Assembly (NCBI RefSeq): GCF_025354735.1
Contig: NZ_JANXMI010000237.1
Span: 3,978 to 67,977 of the forward strand
Reading direction: 5' to 3'
Origin: Rugamonas sp.
Lineage (GTDB): Bacteria; Pseudomonadota; Gammaproteobacteria; Burkholderiales; Burkholderiaceae_D
Length of the DNA: 64,000 nt
The notes beneath the pieces were generated by a model that did not search any database, had not been told where the DNA came from, and saw only the letters and a program-made list of their open reading frames with translations. Positions 27,820 through 37,599 of this stretch are shown one piece after another. The position numbers and the translations under genes are program-made. Numbering within the stretch: position 1 is the first letter of the stretch; every line of letters begins with the position of its first letter.

Positions 27820-29892
27820 ATGCGATCGATGAAACACCACTGGGCCATCGTGGCCGGCCTGGGCACCCTGGTCGCCTTGAGCGCGCCGTGCCGGGCGGCC
27901 GACGAGGCGCCGGTGCAGGCGCCGATGCAGATGGTGGCGGTCAGCGGCCATTACGACAACGCCGTCGGCACCTCGGACGCCGCCAGTCAGGGCACGATCA
28001 CGGCGGACCTGATCGCCAACCGTCCGGCCCTGCGCACCGGCGAGATGCTGGAATTCGTGCCCGGCATGATTGTCACGCAGCACAGCGGCGACGGCAAGGC
28101 CAACCAGTATTTTCTGCGCGGTTTCAATCTCGATCACGGCACCGACTTCGCCACCTATGTCGACGGCATGCCGGTCAATATGCGCAGCAACGCGCACGGC
28201 CAGGGCTACTCCGATTTGAATTTCGTGATCCCGGAACTGGTCGACCGCATCGACTACAAAAAGGGCACTTACTTCGCCGACGAGGGCGACTTCGCGTCGG
28301 CCGGCGCGGCCCACTTCCGCATGGCCGACGCGCTGGCCAAGGGCGTCGCCAGCGTCACGCTGGGCAGCTACGGTTATCAGCGCGCGGTGCTGGCCGATTC
28401 CTTCGCCGCGCTCGATGGCACGCTGCTGTACGGCCTGGAACTGGGCCGCAACAACGGTCCGTGGGATGTACCGGAACACGTGCGCAAATACAGCGGCACG
28501 CTGCGCTACAGCGCCGGCGGCAAGGACGACGGCTACAGCGTCACGGCCATGGCCTATCACAACACCTGGAACGCGACCGACCAGGTGCCGCTGCGCGCCG
28601 TGCAGGAAGGCTTGATCGACCGCTACGGCGCCATCGATGCCAGCGACGGCGGCCAGGCCTCGCGCTACAGCCTGGCCTACGCGATGCACCGGCGCAGCCA
28701 GGACAGCGTGTTCGAATTCGACGCCTACGTCGTCCATTCCAGCCTGGACCTGTTCAGCGACTTCACCTACTTCCTCGACGATCCGGTCAACGGCGACCAG
28801 TTCCACCAGAGCGAACGGCGCACCATGGGCGGCATCAACGGCAGCCAGACCTGGGTGGGAAAACTGTTCGGGCTCGATATGCGCAACAAGGTCGGCGTGC
28901 AGACGCGCTACGACGATGTGTCGCCGCTCGGTTTGTACGACACGGTGGCGCGCGTGCGCACCGGCACCGTCCGTGAAGACAAGGTGAAAGAGGGCAGCGC
29001 CGCTTTCTACGCCGAGAACACCAGCTACTGGACGCCGACCCTGCGCAGCATCGCCGGCCTGCGTTACGACGCCTATCGCTTCAACGTGGACAGCAGCGTC
29101 GCCGGCGACTCCGGCACGGCGCGCGACCACAAGCTCGCGCCCAAGCTGTCGCTGATATTCGGGCCGTGGGAGCGCACCGAATACTTCATCAACTACGGCG
29201 CCGGCTTCCACAGCAACGACGCGCGCGGCACCACGCAAACGCGCCTGCCCGACGGCAGCCCATCGGCGCCGGTCACGCCGCTGGTCGGCAGCCGCGGCGC
29301 GGAACTGGGCTTGCGCAGCGAGTTGATACCGGGGCTGCAAAGTTCCTTGTCGCTGTGGCGGCTCGACATCGATTCCGAGCTGGTGTTCGGCGGCGACAGC
29401 GGCGATACGCAGCCGAGCCGCCCGAGCCGGCGCATCGGCGTCGAATGGAGCAACCACTATATCGCGCGGCCCTGGCTGTTGTTCGATCTCGATCTGGCGA
29501 CCTCGCATTCGCGTTATACGCAGGCCGACCCGATCGGCAATTACATCCCGGAGGCGCTGCAAAAGACGGCGTCGTTCGGCGTCACCGTCAAGGATGTCGG
29601 CCGCTGGTACGGCGGTGTCGAGTTGCGCTATTTCGGCCCGCGCGCGCTGATCGAGGATGACAGCGTGCGCTCGGCGTCGACCGTGCTGGCGTATGGCCGC
29701 ATCGGCTACCAGATCGATCGCGCCACGCGGCTGACGCTGGACGGCTTCAATTTATTCGACCGCCAGGCCAGCGATATCGACTACGACTATCCATCGCGTT
29801 TGCCCGGCGAGCCGGCCGGCGGCGTCGGCGACATCCACTTCCACCCGGTTGAACCGCGTACCGTGCGCCTGACGCTGGCGCATAACTTTTAA
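27820..29892 (+). CDS. TonB-dependent outer-membrane receptor
   Basis: Signal peptide MRSMKHHWAIVAGLGTLVALSAPCRA. Plug motifs EFVPGMIVTQHSGDGKANQYFLRGFNLDHGTDF and VDGMPVN. Long beta-barrel body ending in terminal ...LAHNF. Confidence 0.85.
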   Translation: MRSMKHHWAIVAGLGTLVALSAPCRAADEAPVQAPMQMVAVSGHYDNAVGTSDAASQGTITADLIANRPALRTGEMLEFVPGMIVTQHSGDGKANQYFLRGFNLDHGTDFATYVDGMPVNMRSNAHGQGYSDLNFVIPELVDRIDYKKGTYFADEGDFASAGAAHFRMADALAKGVASVTLGSYGYQRAVLADSFAALDGTLLYGLELGRNNGPWDVPEHVRKYSGTLRYSAGGKDDGYSVTAMAYHNTWNATDQVPLRAVQEGLIDRYGAIDASDGGQASRYSLAYAMHRRSQDSVFEFDAYVVHSSLDLFSDFTYFLDDPVNGDQFHQSERRTMGGINGSQTWVGKLFGLDMRNKVGVQTRYDDVSPLGLYDTVARVRTGTVREDKVKEGSAAFYAENTSYWTPTLRSIAGLRYDAYRFNVDSSVAGDSGTARDHKLAPKLSLIFGPWERTEYFINYGAGFHSNDARGTTQTRLPDGSPSAPVTPLVGSRGAELGLRSELIPGLQSSLSLWRLDIDSELVFGGDSGDTQPSRPSRRIGVEWSNHYIARPWLLFDLDLATSHSRYTQADPIGNYIPEALQKTASFGVTVKDVGRWYGGVELRYFGPRALIEDDSVRSASTVLAYGRIGYQIDRATRLTLDGFNLFDRQASDIDYDYPSRLPGEPAGGVGDIHFHPVEPRTVRLTLAHNF

Positions 29893-29893
29893 T

Positions 29894-30574
29894 TCACTGC
29901 GCCTCGTAGAGGCTCATGCCGAAGCGTTCCGCGCGCGGCATCCAGTTGCCCTTGATGTCGGCCGACGCCAGCACCCGCACGGCGCGGCCGATCAGCAGTT
30001 CGCGCGGCACCAGGCCGATGTAGCGCGAGTCGCGGCTGTTGTCGCGGTTATCGCCCAACATCAGGTAGCGGTCGGCCGGCACCGTGACCGGGCCATAGTC
30101 GCGCGGCACGTCGAGCTGCGGCAGGATCTGGATGCGGTGCGCGCTGGTGTCCCGGGTTTGCTCGCGCACCTGTAGCGACGTCAGATTGCCGACGTGTTCT
30201 ATCGTTTCGACGCCGTTGCCGAGCGCCGTGTAGCGCGAGGGCTGGCCGTTGATGGTGAGCTCCTCGTTGCGCATTTCGACGCGGTCGCCGGGCAGCGCGA
30301 TCAGGCGCTTGATGAGGCGCGTGCCGTCCTGCGGCGAATAGAAGGTGACGATGTCGCCGCGCCGTGGATCGCCGGTGCGGGCCAGCACGATGTCGGTCAG
30401 CGGCAGCTTGACGTTGTAAGCGAGGCGGTTGACGAAGACGACGTCGCCTTCGAGCAGGTTGGGGCGCATGGAGCCGGACGGAATGGGATTCCAGTCGGCG
30501 ATGGCGGTGCGGAAAATCCCGAACAGCATCAGGAACAGCAGAAAGCCTTTATTGGCGCGTACCCAGTGGTGCAT
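29894..30574 (-). CDS. lepB: Signal peptidase I (S26A), short accessory paralog
   Basis: 226 aa from the inner ATG. IPSGSMRPNL (catalytic Ser), RLIALPGD (catalytic Lys region), GDNRDNSRDSRYIG. Confidence 0.85.
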   Translation of the reverse strand: MHHWVRANKGFLLFLMLFGIFRTAIADWNPIPSGSMRPNLLEGDVVFVNRLAYNVKLPLTDIVLARTGDPRRGDIVTFYSPQDGTRLIKRLIALPGDRVEMRNEELTINGQPSRYTALGNGVETIEHVGNLTSLQVREQTRDTSAHRIQILPQLDVPRDYGPVTVPADRYLMLGDNRDNSRDSRYIGLVPRELLIGRAVRVLASADIKGNWMPRAERFGMSLYEAQ

Positions 30575-30718
30575 TTTTATCTCCCGGTTGAAGTGATGGT
30601 GCCAGCGATGGTGCCGCGCCATCATGTGGTCGAAATCTTAATCGGGCCTTAGCGATGCCGGCTTCCGGCCGCGCCAGCGTGGTACGCTTGAACATGGTGC
30701 GGCCCATCCCGAGCCGCA

Positions 30719-31802
30719 ATGGACATGACGATGAATCCGACCGACGCTCTCGCCGCCGTCACGCACGACGATCCCTATCCCTATTACGAGGAACTGGCCC
30801 GCCAGGACGGGCTGGTGTTCGACCCTCAACTGGGCTTGTGGATCGCCGCCAGCGCGCCGTCGGTGGTGGCGGTGCTGACGCATGCGTCGTGCCGCGTGCG
30901 GCCGCTGGCCGAGCCGGTGCCGGCGGCGTTGGCCGGCGCGCCGGCCGGGCAAATCTTCGCGCAGCTGGTGCGCATGAACGAGGGGCCGCGCCACACGCAG
31001 GCCAGGCAGGTGCTGCAAGGCGCGCTGGCCGGCGTCCACCTCGGCGCGGCGCGCGAGCGGGCGCTCGCCATCGCCAGCCGCCTGTGGCGCGACGATGGCG
31101 AGCCTGATCGGCTTCGCCGACCAGCAGTTGCCGGCGCTGGCGGCGTGGACGGCCGATTTCGTCGCCTCTTTTTCGCCGCTCAGTCAGAGCGCGCAAATTG
31201 AACGGGCCCATATCGCCGCTGCCGCGCTGCTCGATACCTTCAAGGTTTTGATGCGCGACGCGCCGGTGCAGCGCCGTCCCACCAGCGTGCTGGCGCTGGT
31301 GCGGGCCGAGGCGCAGCTGGCCGGCTGGGACAACGCCGACGCGCTGCTGGCCAACCTGATCGGTTTGCTGTCGCAGACTTACGAGGCGACGGCAGGGATG
31401 ATCGGCAATGGCATGATCGCGCTGCTGCGCCAGCCGGAGGAGGAACGCGCGCGGGCGCCCGACGCGGCGCTGCTGGTGCAGGCGGTCAGCCGCTACGATC
31501 CGGCCGTGCACAACACGCGCCGTTACGCGGCGCAGCCGGCGCGCTTCGGCACCGCGCACGTGCGGGAAGGGCAGGCGATACTGGTGGTGCTGGCGGCGGC
31601 CAACCGCGATCCGCGCGCGGCGGGCCGCGTGTTCGGCTTCGGCTACGGGCCGCACGCCTGTCCCGGCCACACGCTGGCCTGCACCATCGCCGCCGCCGCG
31701 CTGGAGGAGTTGATGATGCTGGCGCCGGTCTGGCAGCAGGGATTGACGTGGACTTACCGGCCGTCGCTGAACGCGCGCGTGCCGCTGTTCACGCAGACGT
31801 GA
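30719..31802 (+). pseudogene. Cytochrome P450 split over two frames (apparent frameshift near 31060-31100)
   Basis: ORF 30719..31201 carries the P450 N-terminus (DPYPYYEELA..., MNEGPRHTQARQVL). ORF 31095..31802, in a different frame, carries the I-helix-like SQTYEATAGMIGN, ANRDPRA and the heme loop FGFGYGPHACPGHTLA. Combined length is only about 360 aa. Confidence 0.5.
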
Positions 31803-31859
31803 AACAAAGGCGATGACATGGGCAAAGGTGCGTAGAATGTCTGCTTTGAATCAATCAGG

Positions 31860-32132
31860 ATGAACATTATGAAAAAAACCGGCATGGCGAAAAGTGACGC
31901 CAAAAAACTGATGGGCCAGATGGCCGCTCCAGGCGCGCCCGGTTTCGGCAAAGTGGCCGAGGTGGTTGACAAGCGCGAGCAGCGCAAGCGCGATCAGGCC
32001 CTGGGTCTGGTGCCGTTCGCGGTCAAGCTCAACGAAGCCCTGGTGGCGCAGTTGCACGCGCTGGCCAAGGACAAGGGCGAGGAAATGAACGTGGTCGTCG
32101 CCGAATTGCTGGCCAAGGGTTTGGCGGGCTGA
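31860..32132 (+). CDS. Small hypothetical protein with a ribbon-helix-helix-like C-terminus
   Basis: 90 aa. The C-terminal LVPFAVKLNEALVAQLHALAKDKGEEMNVVVAELLAKGL has a strand-helix-helix pattern. Followed by a strong terminator. Confidence 0.4.
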   Translation: MNIMKKTGMAKSDAKKLMGQMAAPGAPGFGKVAEVVDKREQRKRDQALGLVPFAVKLNEALVAQLHALAKDKGEEMNVVVAELLAKGLAG

Positions 32133-32177
32133 TAGTCGGCTGCGGAAAATCGGGTCAGATACCGCTGGCCACAAATA

Positions 32178-32215
32178 GAAATGCCGCGCGGTTCGCACCG
32201 CGCGGCATTTTTTTA
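32178..32215. terminator. Bidirectional rho-independent terminator (small ORF / rpoH convergent)
   Basis: atgccgcgcgg-ttcgca-ccgcgcggcat. Perfect 11-bp stem (32181-32191 / 32198-32208) followed by ttttttt; A-rich on the other side. Confidence 0.75.
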
Positions 32216-32234
32216 TGGGACTGCCCAGCTACGC

Positions 32235-33134
<900 letters not shown>

Positions 33135-33579
33135 TTTTTTCTTCCTCGCTCAGTATGCTGGTGCTCAATGTGCCACGCAGAAAGTTGGTGGACAGTGCTT
33201 ATTACTTGTGACGCGTGCGACTGCAAAATCGGTGCAAGGATGGTTCTGGAGGGCGTCATTCAGTCGATGAATGTTGCTTTGAAGAATATTTCCTTTTGCG
33301 GTGCTTGTATATTAGCACTCTCCGGTGAAGAGTGCCAATCGGCTCCCCCAATCGCTGCGATAGTGAAAATACTATGAGCGTATTGTAATCAATGGTATTT
33401 GCCTGGAGGCGGTACGACGGGACGATTTACGGTTCGCTTGCGCCGCGTCAAACAAGCGGTAGCTTGCTCGTCTCAGCTTAGCATGGACTTAAGCATAGAC
33501 TACAGCAGCTTGAATTTCCGTGCGCGCGCGCACGCTGATGTGGACACGCAGCGCGGGCTGCGTATTAAAAAAACAACGA

Positions 33580-34506
33580 TCAGTTCAAGCGGGCCAGATG
33601 GCGCTGCACCGACAGCACGGCGCCGACCAGTCCCAGCGCGGCCGACAGGGCCAGCAGACCGGCCATCGGCAGCGGCGCCAGCGGCGCCAGCTGGAATTCG
33701 GATGCGTACAGCCGGGCGAAATCGGCGATCGCCGCGTTCAGCGGGCGCAGCGCCAGCGTCACGGCGCCCAGCGCGACGCCACCGGCGCACAGGCCCAGCA
33801 GGGCGCCCGTGTAATAAAACGGCCGGTGGATAAAGGTGTCGGTGGCGCCGATCAGCTTGGAGACGGTGATTTCATCGCGCTGCGTCATCACTTGCAAGCG
33901 TATCGTGTTGAAGACGACGGCGATGACGACCGTTCCCAGGGTGCCGGCCAGCAACAGCAGCGCCAGGCGCAGCACGCCCAGCAGCGCGGCCAGGCGCTTG
34001 ACCCAGGCCGAATCGACTTGCACCGCGGCCACGCCGGGCAGGGCGCGCATTTCCTCGGCCAGCGCGTCGATGTAGGCGCTGCTGTCGGCGCCGCCCTGGC
34101 TGAAGGCGTCGAGCTTGACGACATAGCTGTCCGGCAGCGGGTTCTCGCCCAGCGTGCCGAGCACGTCGGACAGGCCGCTCTTGGTTTTCAAGGCGTCGAG
34201 CGCCTGTTCGCGGGTGTTGAAGATGATCTTGGCCTGGCGGTCCTTGACCAGCCCGCGCAGCGTGGCGGCCAGCGCCTGGCTTTGCTCGCGGCTCGCGTCT
34301 TGCTGCATGAACAGGCTGATTTCCGGATCGACCGACAATTGCTCCGACACGGGACGCACATTGTCGAGCAGGGTGACGCCGGTGAACGGCAGCGCCAGCG
34401 CGATCGCCACCACCAGGATATTGAACAGGAAACTGCCCGGCGCCTTGCGCAGGTGCACCAGCGCCGCCGCCAGCGCGAAACCGTGTTGTCGGAGCCAGCT
34501 GGTCAT
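33580..34506 (-). CDS. ftsX: Cell division ABC transporter permease FtsX
   Basis: 308 aa from the inner ATG, which overlaps the ftsE stop (ATGA). MTSWLRQHGFALAAALVHLRKAPGSFLFNILVV, with four TM segments. Confidence 0.9.
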   Translation of the reverse strand: MTSWLRQHGFALAAALVHLRKAPGSFLFNILVVAIALALPFTGVTLLDNVRPVSEQLSVDPEISLFMQQDASREQSQALAATLRGLVKDRQAKIIFNTREQALDALKTKSGLSDVLGTLGENPLPDSYVVKLDAFSQGGADSSAYIDALAEEMRALPGVAAVQVDSAWVKRLAALLGVLRLALLLLAGTLGTVVIAVVFNTIRLQVMTQRDEITVSKLIGATDTFIHRPFYYTGALLGLCAGGVALGAVTLALRPLNAAIADFARLYASEFQLAPLAPLPMAGLLALSAALGLVGAVLSVQRHLARLN

Positions 34507-35165
34507 GCGCCCGCTCCCGCGTCGAGCTGGCCGTGTTTCAGGTAAATGACGCGGGCGGCGCCGTCCAGCATCTGTTCGTCGTGGGTGGAAATCAAGCATG
34601 TCACGCCGACCGCGTGGAAGGCCTTGAGCGCGTCGAGCACCTTGTTGGCGCTGGCGCGGTCCAGATTGGCGGTCGGTTCGTCGGCCAGGATGATTTGCGG
34701 CCGGTTGACGATGGCGCGCGCGATCGACACGCGCTGCTGCTCGCCGCCCGACAGCGCCTGCGGCAGCGCCAGCGCGCGTTCGAGCAGGCCGACCTTGTCG
34801 AGCGCGGCGCGCGCGCGCTGCTCGGCGGCGGCGCGCGGCGCGCCCGTCACCAGCAGCGGCATCATTACGTTCGACAGCACGGAGCGGTCGGTCAGCAAGC
34901 GCTGCTGCTGGAAGATCAGGCCCAGGTTGCGCCGCAAAAAGGGCACGCCGGCCGGCTTGAGCTTGCCGATATCCTGGCCGTTGACGATGACGCTGCCGGC
35001 GCTGGGGCGCTCGATGGCGGCGATCATCTTTAACAGTGTCGACTTGCCGGCGCCGGACGGCCCCGCCAGAAATACCAGTTCGCCTTTGTTGACCGTCAAT
35101 GAAATGTCGCGCAGCGCCATCGCATCGGGGGAATATTGTTTGCTGACGTACTGGAATTCGATCAT
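34503..35165 (-). CDS. ftsE: Cell division ATP-binding protein FtsE
   Basis: 220 aa. GPSGAGKSTLLK, LSGGEQQRVSIARA, ILADEPT. Confidence 0.95.
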   Translation of the reverse strand: MIEFQYVSKQYSPDAMALRDISLTVNKGELVFLAGPSGAGKSTLLKMIAAIERPSAGSVIVNGQDIGKLKPAGVPFLRRNLGLIFQQQRLLTDRSVLSNVMMPLLVTGAPRAAAEQRARAALDKVGLLERALALPQALSGGEQQRVSIARAIVNRPQIILADEPTANLDRASANKVLDALKAFHAVGVTCLISTHDEQMLDGAARVIYLKHGQLDAGAGA

Positions 35166-35171
35166 GGGCGC

Positions 35172-36221
35172 TTATCCGAGCAAAGCTTCGACAAATTCAG
35201 CCGCGACGAAGGGCTGCAAATCCTCAATTTTTTCACCGATGCCGATGAAATACACGGGCACCGGCCGCGCGCGGGCGATGGCGGCCAGCACGCCGCCCTT
35301 GGCCGTGCCGTCCAGCTTGGTGATCACGAGGCCGGTCAATCCCAGCGCGTCGTCGAAAGCCTTCACCTGCGCCAGCGCATTCTGCCCGGTATTGCCGTCG
35401 ATCACCAGCAGCTTTTCGTGCGGCGCGCCCTCCAGGCCCTTGCCGATCACGCGCTGGACTTTTTTCAGTTCTTCCATCAGGTGCAGCTGGGTCGGCAGGC
35501 GGCCGGCGGTGTCGACCATGACCACGTCGATGCCGCGCGCCTTGGCCGACTGCACGGCGTCGAAGGAGACGGCGGCCGGGTCGCCGGACGCTTGCGAAAT
35601 CACGGTGACGTTGTTGCGCTGGCCCCAGACCATCAGCTGTTCGCGGGCGGCGGCGCGGAAAGTGTCGCCGGCGGCCAGCAGCACCGACTGGCCGTTGGCC
35701 TGCAAGTGCTTGGCCAGCTTGCCGATGGTGGTGGTCTTGCCGGCGCCGTTGACGCCGGAAATCATCATCACCATGGGCGCGTGACGGCCCAGCTCGAACG
35801 GGCGTTGCAGCGGCGTCAGCAGGTCTATCATCAACACCTTCAGCGCGGCCTTGACGGCGGCGGCGTCGAGCAGCTTGTCTTCCTTGACCTTCAGTTTGAG
35901 GGCGTCGAGCAGGAACAGGGTGGCGTCCATGCCGGCGTCAGCCATCAGCAGCGCCGCCTCCAGCTCGTCATACAGGTCGTCGTCGATCTTGGCGCCGACG
36001 AACAGCACCGACAGATTGGCCGAGGTCTTGGACAGGCCGGCCTTCAGGCGCGTCATCCACGATAGTTTTTGGGCCGGTTCTTGCAGCGCCGCCGGATCGA
36101 TGCCGGTGGTGTCGCTCAGGTTGGCCGTGGTCGGCGTGGACGGAAGCGCGGTGGCGGCGCCGGAGGGGGCCGGCGCAGGCGGGAGGTCGGGAGCGGGTTT
36201 TTTCTTGAAGAAACTGAACAT
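35172..36221 (-). CDS. ftsY: Signal recognition particle receptor FtsY
   Basis: 349 aa. GVNGAGKTTTIGKLA, AAGDTFRAAA, DTAGRL, TKLDGTAKGG. Confidence 0.9.
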   Translation of the reverse strand: MFSFFKKKPAPDLPPAPAPSGAATALPSTPTTANLSDTTGIDPAALQEPAQKLSWMTRLKAGLSKTSANLSVLFVGAKIDDDLYDELEAALLMADAGMDATLFLLDALKLKVKEDKLLDAAAVKAALKVLMIDLLTPLQRPFELGRHAPMVMMISGVNGAGKTTTIGKLAKHLQANGQSVLLAAGDTFRAAAREQLMVWGQRNNVTVISQASGDPAAVSFDAVQSAKARGIDVVMVDTAGRLPTQLHLMEELKKVQRVIGKGLEGAPHEKLLVIDGNTGQNALAQVKAFDDALGLTGLVITKLDGTAKGGVLAAIARARPVPVYFIGIGEKIEDLQPFVAAEFVEALLG

Positions 36222-36363
36222 GGGTGTGTGGTTGAGGACGCTTCAAGCTGAGGTCCGACAGCGCCGGACACGGGGAATTGCCGGTATTTTACCAGAGCGC
36301 GACTGCGTCGCCGCCTCAGCCGGGGTCAGCTGGGTGCGCTCAAGTCGGACCGGGCCGGCCGCG

Positions 36364-37326
36364 TCAGGGCTGGGCGTCGGCGGCCAGCGCCGCGCGGGCG
36401 CGCCAGGCGGCGATGGCGCCGCTGATGTCGGTCAGTTCCAGCACCTGCACGCTGGGCGGCGTGCGCCGTTTCAGCGCCGCGCAGTCGCCGCCGGCCCACA
36501 GTTGCACCGAGGGCGGCAGGCGCGAGCGCAGCGCGGCCAGGCCGTCGAGCGCGTGGCGCGGATTCATGGCCGCCGAGAACGACAGGGCGACGACGTCGAT
36601 GCGCTGGGCCCGCGCCGCGTCGACGATGTCGAGCAGCGGCGTTTGCACGCCCAGCGAAATGCAGTGGGTGCCGTCGACCACGCACAGCGCTTCGGCCATC
36701 AGCAGGCCCAGGCCGTGGCGCTCCTGGGGCAGGGTGGTCAGCAGCACGCGCGGCGCGCCGTGGTTGGCGTTGGCCTGCGGCACGGAGAATATCGCGCTAC
36801 GCAACACCATCGTCAGCGACTCTGTATACAAGTGTTCTTCGAAGACGGCCAGCTGGCCGCTGGCCCAGGCTTCGCCGACCAGCTCGGTCAGCGGCGCGGC
36901 CAGGTCGGTGACGAAGCTTTTCAAGCCCATCACCAGCAGCGCCTGCGACAGCTTGCGGCGCAGCGCTTCCATCTCGTGCGCCTTGCACATCTGTAAATAC
37001 GGTTGCAGCGAAGCCGGCGGCGAGGTGCGCTGGCTGCGGGCGCCGGCGGCGTGCTCGGCCATCTTTTGCAGCTGTTCGGCGCTGAACTGGATCACCTTGC
37101 CGGGCCGGAAGCCGAGGTCGAGCAGGCGCTTGACCAAGCGAAGCTTGCGCACCTGTTCGACCGGATAAATCCGTTCGCCGTGCGGGTCGCGCAGCGGCTG
37201 CGGGAAGTCGTAGCGCCGTTCCCACACGCGCAGGGTTTCCTTGGCCACGCCGATATCGCGCTCAACGTCGCTAATCGTGCTGCTTATCGTACTGTCAACA
37301 GACAAGGAAAAAGGTTCAGTTTTCAT
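36364..37326 (-). CDS. MerR-family regulator with C-terminal cobalamin-binding domain (CarH/LitR-type putative photoreceptor)
   Basis: 320 aa from the inner ATG. MerR HTH ISDVERDIGVAKETLRVWERRYDFPQPLRDPHGERIY. W154-x9-E164-H165 (WASGQLAVFEEH). E202-x-H204-x-x-G207 (ERHGLG). Later ALSFSA and WAGGD, matching B12-binding domain landmarks. Confidence 0.75.
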   Translation of the reverse strand: MKTEPFSLSVDSTISSTISDVERDIGVAKETLRVWERRYDFPQPLRDPHGERIYPVEQVRKLRLVKRLLDLGFRPGKVIQFSAEQLQKMAEHAAGARSQRTSPPASLQPYLQMCKAHEMEALRRKLSQALLVMGLKSFVTDLAAPLTELVGEAWASGQLAVFEEHLYTESLTMVLRSAIFSVPQANANHGAPRVLLTTLPQERHGLGLLMAEALCVVDGTHCISLGVQTPLLDIVDAARAQRIDVVALSFSAAMNPRHALDGLAALRSRLPPSVQLWAGGDCAALKRRTPPSVQVLELTDISGAIAAWRARAALAADAQP

Positions 37327-37499
37327 CAGCCTAGGGCGTCTACGGGTCTGGGGTAGGCGCAAATGCGACACGGTTGCGTGCTGGTCGCGCATCCGGGATC
37401 AGTCTCCCATGATGCGACCTGCATTCTACATTCGTTTCGCACGAGAAAGTTATGCATCCAAATGGCGTCGCGCTGCGTATAAGTCCCCATAAGGAAGCT

Positions 37500-37572
37500 T
37501 GTCCACGACACTGGCTTGACATCCTTGAGTAATGACTTGATTCTCTGTCTTGCATCGATTGTGTCCAGGACA
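37500..37572. promoter_or_regulatory. Two copies of a TGTCCA(C/G)GACA palindromic 11-mer bracketing a TTGACA hexamer in the divergent promoter region (candidate operator)
   Basis: tgtccacgaca at 37500-37510, tgtccaggaca at 37562-37572, ttgaca at 37516-37521. The operon ATG is at 37600. Confidence 0.3.
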
Positions 37573-37599
37573 AAATAAGCCGGAAAAAGGTGAAAAATA

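Noticed and set aside
33161-33176. TGGCAC (sigma-54 -24-like) element on the minus strand upstream of rpoH
   Set aside because: The GC of the would-be -12 element is 2 nt out of register with the canonical GG-N10-GC spacing.
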